From Gemmatimonadales bacterium (lineage in GTDB: Bacteria; Gemmatimonadota; Gemmatimonadetes; Gemmatimonadales; GWC2-71-9), in contig JBDIWC010000067.1 in NCBI GenBank assembly GCA_039794085.1, forward strand, positions 1-18,078: a stretch of 18,078 nucleotides of DNA, given 5' to 3'. The notes beneath the pieces are model-generated. The model saw only the letters and a program-made list of their open reading frames with translations. It had not been told where the DNA came from and did not search any database. Position numbers and translations under genes: made by a program. Below are positions 14,449-18,078 of the stretch, one piece after another (position 1 is the first letter of the stretch; each line of letters starts with the position of its first letter).

Positions 14449-14566
14449 GAGGACAATCTGGACTCTGGCTCGCCGTGGGTCAGTGATGCCCATCACCGAC
14501 ACCGGCCCCCAGTTCGATTGGCCACAGGTTGTGAGTGGTCGGGTCCCGGGTCGATCTGTACCCTTT

Positions 14567-14594
14567 CTTCGTGTCTTCGTGCCGTCGTGTGAAA
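14567..14594 (-). repeat. Solo octamer element, reverse orientation
   Basis: cttcgtgt cttcgtgc cgtcgtg tgaaa. Confidence 0.85.
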
Positions 14595-14620
14595 TTGTAC
14601 AAGGTGCCTGCCCGCCCACA

Positions 14621-14656
14621 CTCCTTCGAACTTCACACTTCACACTTCGAACCTCA
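14621..14656 (-). repeat. Heptamer array (GAAGTNN on the minus strand) overlapping the TPR gene stop codon
   Basis: ctccttc gaacttc acacttc acacttc gaacctc a. Confidence 0.88.
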
Positions 14657-16159
14657 ACGTCGCTGATTCACCGCGAGCCGGGAACGCGCCTCTCGGGCCG
14701 TCGCGACGTCTCCCGCGGCGGTCGCGGCGGCGGCGAGACCCTTGAGGGCCAGCGATCGGCCCGGGGCCAGGGCCAGCGCCTGTTCGAAGGCTCGCTGCGC
14801 GTCGGCGGGCCTGCCGTCCTCCAGCAGCCACTCGCCGAGCAACTCGAAGCTCGGCTTCACCACGTCCGGGGGCCCGAACTCCGCGGGCATCGCCGCTTCC
14901 GTCGCGGCCGCATGGCGGAGCATGGCGGTGGCGGAATCCCGTCCCCCCGCCCCCTCCGCCCGGACCAGACGCGCCTGGAACTGGAGCAGGAGGATGGCGG
15001 GGACCGACGGGTTCGCGCTGTAGAAATCGTCACGCGCCTCGGCGCCGACCGTGCCCGTGAGTGCCTCAAGATGCTCACGGGCACCAGGTTCGTCTCCCCG
15101 ATGGAAGGCCGCGACCCCCAGAGCATAGTGAATCATGGCCTGGGCCACGGGTCCGGAGGGACCCGGCACCACCGGCCAGCGGCTCACCGGATCGTCCCAC
15201 CGCTCGCTGTTGATCAGATAATGGGCCCGCATCGAGAGGAGATTCGGAGATTCTCCCCGCCGCCCCGAGGGGGTCGCATTGTCATGCACTCGGAGGAGGA
15301 GCTCGCGGGCATCGTCGAACCGACCCTGCTGCAGGAGTCCGTACCCGAGCCATGCCGTGTAATGTCCCGCCCGCCAACCCGCCCGATCAGGCCCGGCGGC
15401 CACCTCGTTCTGGGAGACCACCCGGTCCCACATTCCCAGGGCAAGAAAGATGTGGGTGGTCATGTGCTGCGCATGCGGTGCCGCGGGGGCGATGTCGATG
15501 TACCGGTTCGCGGCATGCAGGCCGAGGGGCGCGTGAACCGGATCGTCGAAGGCGTGGATGACGTAATGGGCGGCACCGGGGTGATCCTGATTCCGCCGGA
15601 ACGCTTCGTTGGCCACGGCCCCGGCCCGCATGTAGGTGGGGACGTGCCGCACCCCCTGGCTCAGGCCGATCAGGGCAAGGGCGTGAAAGACCTGAGCTTC
15701 ATCGTCATCGGGGAAGTCGGCCACCACCTGTTCCATGGCCCGGGCATAGAGGGTATCCCGCAGGGGCTTGGACCCGTCTCCATACAATGTTTCCACAGCC
15801 GCGAGCCAGGCCCGCTCCCGGGGAGTGGGAGCCCGGGCCAGTCGGGCCTCCCGGGTGGCGCCGAGACGCTGGAGCACCGTGCGGGCGGCATCGAGGTCCT
15901 GTTCGTTCCAGACCGGATGGGTGTGGGTCATCGCCTCACCCCACACCGCCATCACCAGGTTCGGATCGAGGGCCCGCGCCTCCCGGAACGCGGCGGCGGC
16001 CCGGTCATACTCGAAGCTGTGGAGGAGGGCCACCCCGCGGGTGAACACCTCCCGCGCCTCGGCGGACCCCGTGACCGGGAAGTGCACGGTGCCCACCTGG
16101 GCTGCGGCGGGGGCCAGCGTGATCGTGCACCAGGCGAGCAGGAACGTGACGGATCGCAT
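14654..16159 (-). CDS. Secreted tetratricopeptide-repeat protein
   Basis: Signal peptide ...APAAA|Q, GTVHFPVTGS.EA...F.RGVALLHSFEY, HPGAAHYVIHAFD, APHAQHMTTHIF.ALGMW and a C-terminal TPR (AFEQALALAPGRS). Confidence 0.88.
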   Translation of the reverse strand: MRSVTFLLAWCTITLAPAAAQVGTVHFPVTGSAEAREVFTRGVALLHSFEYDRAAAAFREARALDPNLVMAVWGEAMTHTHPVWNEQDLDAARTVLQRLGATREARLARAPTPRERAWLAAVETLYGDGSKPLRDTLYARAMEQVVADFPDDDEAQVFHALALIGLSQGVRHVPTYMRAGAVANEAFRRNQDHPGAAHYVIHAFDDPVHAPLGLHAANRYIDIAPAAPHAQHMTTHIFLALGMWDRVVSQNEVAAGPDRAGWRAGHYTAWLGYGLLQQGRFDDARELLLRVHDNATPSGRRGESPNLLSMRAHYLINSERWDDPVSRWPVVPGPSGPVAQAMIHYALGVAAFHRGDEPGAREHLEALTGTVGAEARDDFYSANPSVPAILLLQFQARLVRAEGAGGRDSATAMLRHAAATEAAMPAEFGPPDVVKPSFELLGEWLLEDGRPADAQRAFEQALALAPGRSLALKGLAAAATAAGDVATAREARSRLAVNQRR

Positions 16160-16234
16160 CGGACTTCCCTTGAGGATGGGGTGGTGTGATCGTATCACCG
16201 GAAACAGCGGGTGTCAAAGGAGGTCCTGGATGAT

Positions 16235-16260
16235 GGATCCCGGCGTTCGCCGGGATGACG
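16235..16260 (-). repeat. GTCA-headed REP palindrome (partner 5220-5245)
   Basis: GGATCCCGGCGTTCGCCGGGATGACG. Confidence 0.85.
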
Positions 16261-16271
16261 ATCGTCGAAGA

Positions 16272-16313
16272 TCCTATGTCCTATGCCCTATGTCCTACGT
16301 CCTCTGTCCTGCG
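16272..16313 (-). repeat. Heptamer array (TCCTAYG x6) encoding the MscS C-terminus and stop codon
   Basis: tcctatg tcctatg ccctatg tcctacg tcctctg tcctgcg. Confidence 0.9.
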
Positions 16314-17375
16314 TTCCATGCCTTCCGCTCCCTCGCGCTCCACAAAGATCGTCTGCGTCGGATACGCGAACTCGATCCCCTCCTGTTCGAAGCGCTCATG
16401 GATCTGCAGGTAGATCGCCTGCTGGATGTCCATGTAGACCCCGTATTCCGGCGCCAGGACGTACCACGCGGTCTCGAAGTCGATCGAGTAGGCGCCATAG
16501 GCGGAGAGGTGGCTCCGGTCGAACCGGGCCTTCTCCTGCAGGGTGATCGCTTCCCGGATGATGTCGGGAATGAGGCGCAGCTTGTCCCGTGGTGTCTGGT
16601 ACGTCACACCGAGCGTGAACACGACCCGCCGTTCGAACATCCGCTTGTAATTGCGGACCCGGCTGGAGAGAAGGTCTGCGTTGGAAAAGATCAGCTGCTC
16701 CCCACTGAGGCTCCGGAGCCGGGTGGTCTTGAGGCCGATGTGCTCGACCGTCCCCATCATGTCGCCCACGATGATGAAGTCGCCGAGGACGAACGGCTTG
16801 TCGAGCACGATGGCGAGGGAGGCGAAGAGGTCGCCGAGAATGTTCTGCACCGCGAGGGCCACAGCGATGCCGCCCACGCCGAGCCCCGCCACGAGCGCCG
16901 TGATGTCGATCCCGAGGTTGTCGAGCGCCAGGAGCAGCACGGCGGCCCAGAGCACCATCCGGACCAGGAAACTCATGGCCCCGACCATCGTGGCGGCTCC
17001 CGGATCGTCCTGGAGTCGTTCCTTCTTGTAGTGCTCCAGGAAGAACCGGGTGCCGACGCTGGCCGCCAGTCCCGCCTGGAGGAGCGCCACCAGGACCAGG
17101 CCCGTCAGCAGGTTGGCATGAATCGCGGACGGAAGAGTGAGCGCGTTGCTCCCCACATAGAGCGCGATGCCGAGGAGGAACCAGGTGCGGATGGCTCCGA
17201 GCACCTCGGCCACCAGATCGTCGAGCTGGGTGGTGGTTTTTCGGGACCAGCGGACCACTTGAGCGACGATCAGGCGACGGGCCGCCGTCAGGATGATCCA
17301 GGTGACCAGGGCGATGCCGGCCGCCACGGCCCAGGTTCGGAGCGAATTGTCGAGGAAGAGGGTGTCGAAGTTCAT
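16281..17375 (-). CDS. MscS family mechanosensitive ion channel
   Basis: LVAGLGVGGIAVALAVQNILGDLFAS..I.LDKPFVLGDFI, GTVEHIGLKTTRLRSLSGEQLIFSN and GIEFAYPTQT. Confidence 0.95.
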   Translation of the reverse strand: MNFDTLFLDNSLRTWAVAAGIALVTWIILTAARRLIVAQVVRWSRKTTTQLDDLVAEVLGAIRTWFLLGIALYVGSNALTLPSAIHANLLTGLVLVALLQAGLAASVGTRFFLEHYKKERLQDDPGAATMVGAMSFLVRMVLWAAVLLLALDNLGIDITALVAGLGVGGIAVALAVQNILGDLFASLAIVLDKPFVLGDFIIVGDMMGTVEHIGLKTTRLRSLSGEQLIFSNADLLSSRVRNYKRMFERRVVFTLGVTYQTPRDKLRLIPDIIREAITLQEKARFDRSHLSAYGAYSIDFETAWYVLAPEYGVYMDIQQAIYLQIHERFEQEGIEFAYPTQTIFVEREGAEGMERRTEDVGHRA

Positions 17376-17574
17376 GAATGGGAACCAACCCCACCGTCCG
17401 GCATGAGTCAAGGAAGCCGAGTTTTCCGAGGGGTTCCCACTTCGAACTTCAACTTCCAGAAGGGCTCTTGCGGGGCTCGGTGCAGGCTCCTTGCTTCGCT
17501 CGGGGTGATGCTCCGATGTACGGCTCGGGACCCGTCTTCCCGTCATCGGAGCCGGGAGTGTCGTCAAACCGCTC

Positions 17575-17594
17575 GAGTACGGGTACGTGTACGG
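17575..17594. repeat. Hexamer array (GNGTAC)x3
   Basis: gagtac gggtac gtgtac gg. Confidence 0.55.
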
Positions 17595-17660
17595 CCCCCT
17601 TCCCCCTATTCCCTGAGCCGGCAGAGCCGGAACCAAGGAGGTGCCTCGGGGTCGCGTGGG

Positions 17661-17783
17661 TTCCCCGGGGCTTTCGCCCCGGGCTCGGCGGCGAGAGGCC
17701 GTTCACACGGCCGGGTGTTCGTCGGGGCCACCGGTGACGTGAGCCACCTCCCCTGGCCGAGCAAGGGGCGTCAGCCCCGGGAA
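17661..17783. repeat. Inverted doublet of GGGGC-loop-GCCCCGGG REP hairpins
   Basis: The reverse complement of 17661-17685 is AGCCCGGGGCGAAAGCCCCGGGGAA. 17760-17783 reads AGCAAGGGGCGTCAGCCCCGGGAA. Confidence 0.6.
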
Positions 17784-17835
17784 AAACCAATCGCCGGGTC
17801 ACGGCGCTCAGCGTCGCGGATACACCAGATGCCTC

Positions 17836-17945
17836 AAAGTCGGATGCCCTCTCAATCGCTGCCAAACGCACTGCTGGCGCGGGTTCCCGGGCGTCGCCCA
17901 AAATGTTGTTGCCGTTTTGTGTTCAATCTTGTCCGTAAGGGACTA
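17836..17945 (+). repeat. Right copy of the ~110-bp direct repeat; possible right end of a ~335-bp non-autonomous element (17609-17943)
   Basis: 40-bp perfect core shared with 81-120, ending GGGAC-TA at the edge of a heptamer array. Confidence 0.8.
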
Positions 17946-18078
17946 CTCCCCACTACCATGAGAAGGTCTTTCGTCAAGGGGCACCTTGGTGCCCTTTCGC
18001 TCCCTCTCTGCCAAGGGTGGGGACAGACTCCCTCCTCCCTGGACGGTGCCCAGGTCCTCGGATGCTTCTCCTGTCCCC

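Noticed and set aside
14432..16189. 585-aa plus-strand ORF, and similar long ORFs at 9002-10438, 10616-11497, 11555-12709 and 6125-7258
   Set aside because: These are stop-poor antisense frames of well-supported genes in GC-rich DNA and show no recognisable motifs.
17449..17901. 150-aa minus-strand ORF in the terminal repeat region
   Set aside because: It runs through several repeat families, has a TTG start that becomes TGG in the other copy, and most differences between the copies are non-synonymous.
17976..17997. Hairpin GGGCACC-TT-GGTGCCC followed by TTT
   Set aside because: It could be a terminator, but no upstream gene can be assigned within the window.

Overview
GC-rich bacterial window of 12 probable CDS. 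The gene content resembles Gemmatimonadota, which is an inference. In order, the genes encode a Uma2 endonuclease, a small basic/acidic protein, an HExxH lipoprotein, a DUF819 membrane protein, an MBL-fold lipoprotein, an unusual four-domain multicopper oxidase, a GxxExxY (PD-(D/E)XK) nuclease, a tricorn-like S41 protease, an amidohydrolase, a hypothetical lipoprotein, a secreted TPR protein and an MscS channel. The main interest is intergenic. (1) A complete GEMM-I cyclic-dinucleotide riboswitch at ~1442-1545 carries A rather than G at the specificity position 20, the 3',3'-cGAMP (GEMM-Ib) signature. It lies downstream of a sigma-54-like promoter and upstream of the HExxH lipoprotein. (2) The GxxExxY gene is embedded in a cluster of inverted octamer-repeat elements, TCA-(CACGAAGN)3, with degenerate copies of its own leader. 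This resembles a RAYT/REPIN locus with a different enzyme. (3) Strand-polarised heptamer tandem arrays sit at the 3' ends of 8 of 12 genes and often supply the stop codon. (4) Several REP-like palindrome families are nested inside one another. (5) A ~110-bp diverged direct repeat occurs near both window ends, and each copy ends at a TA inside a heptamer array.
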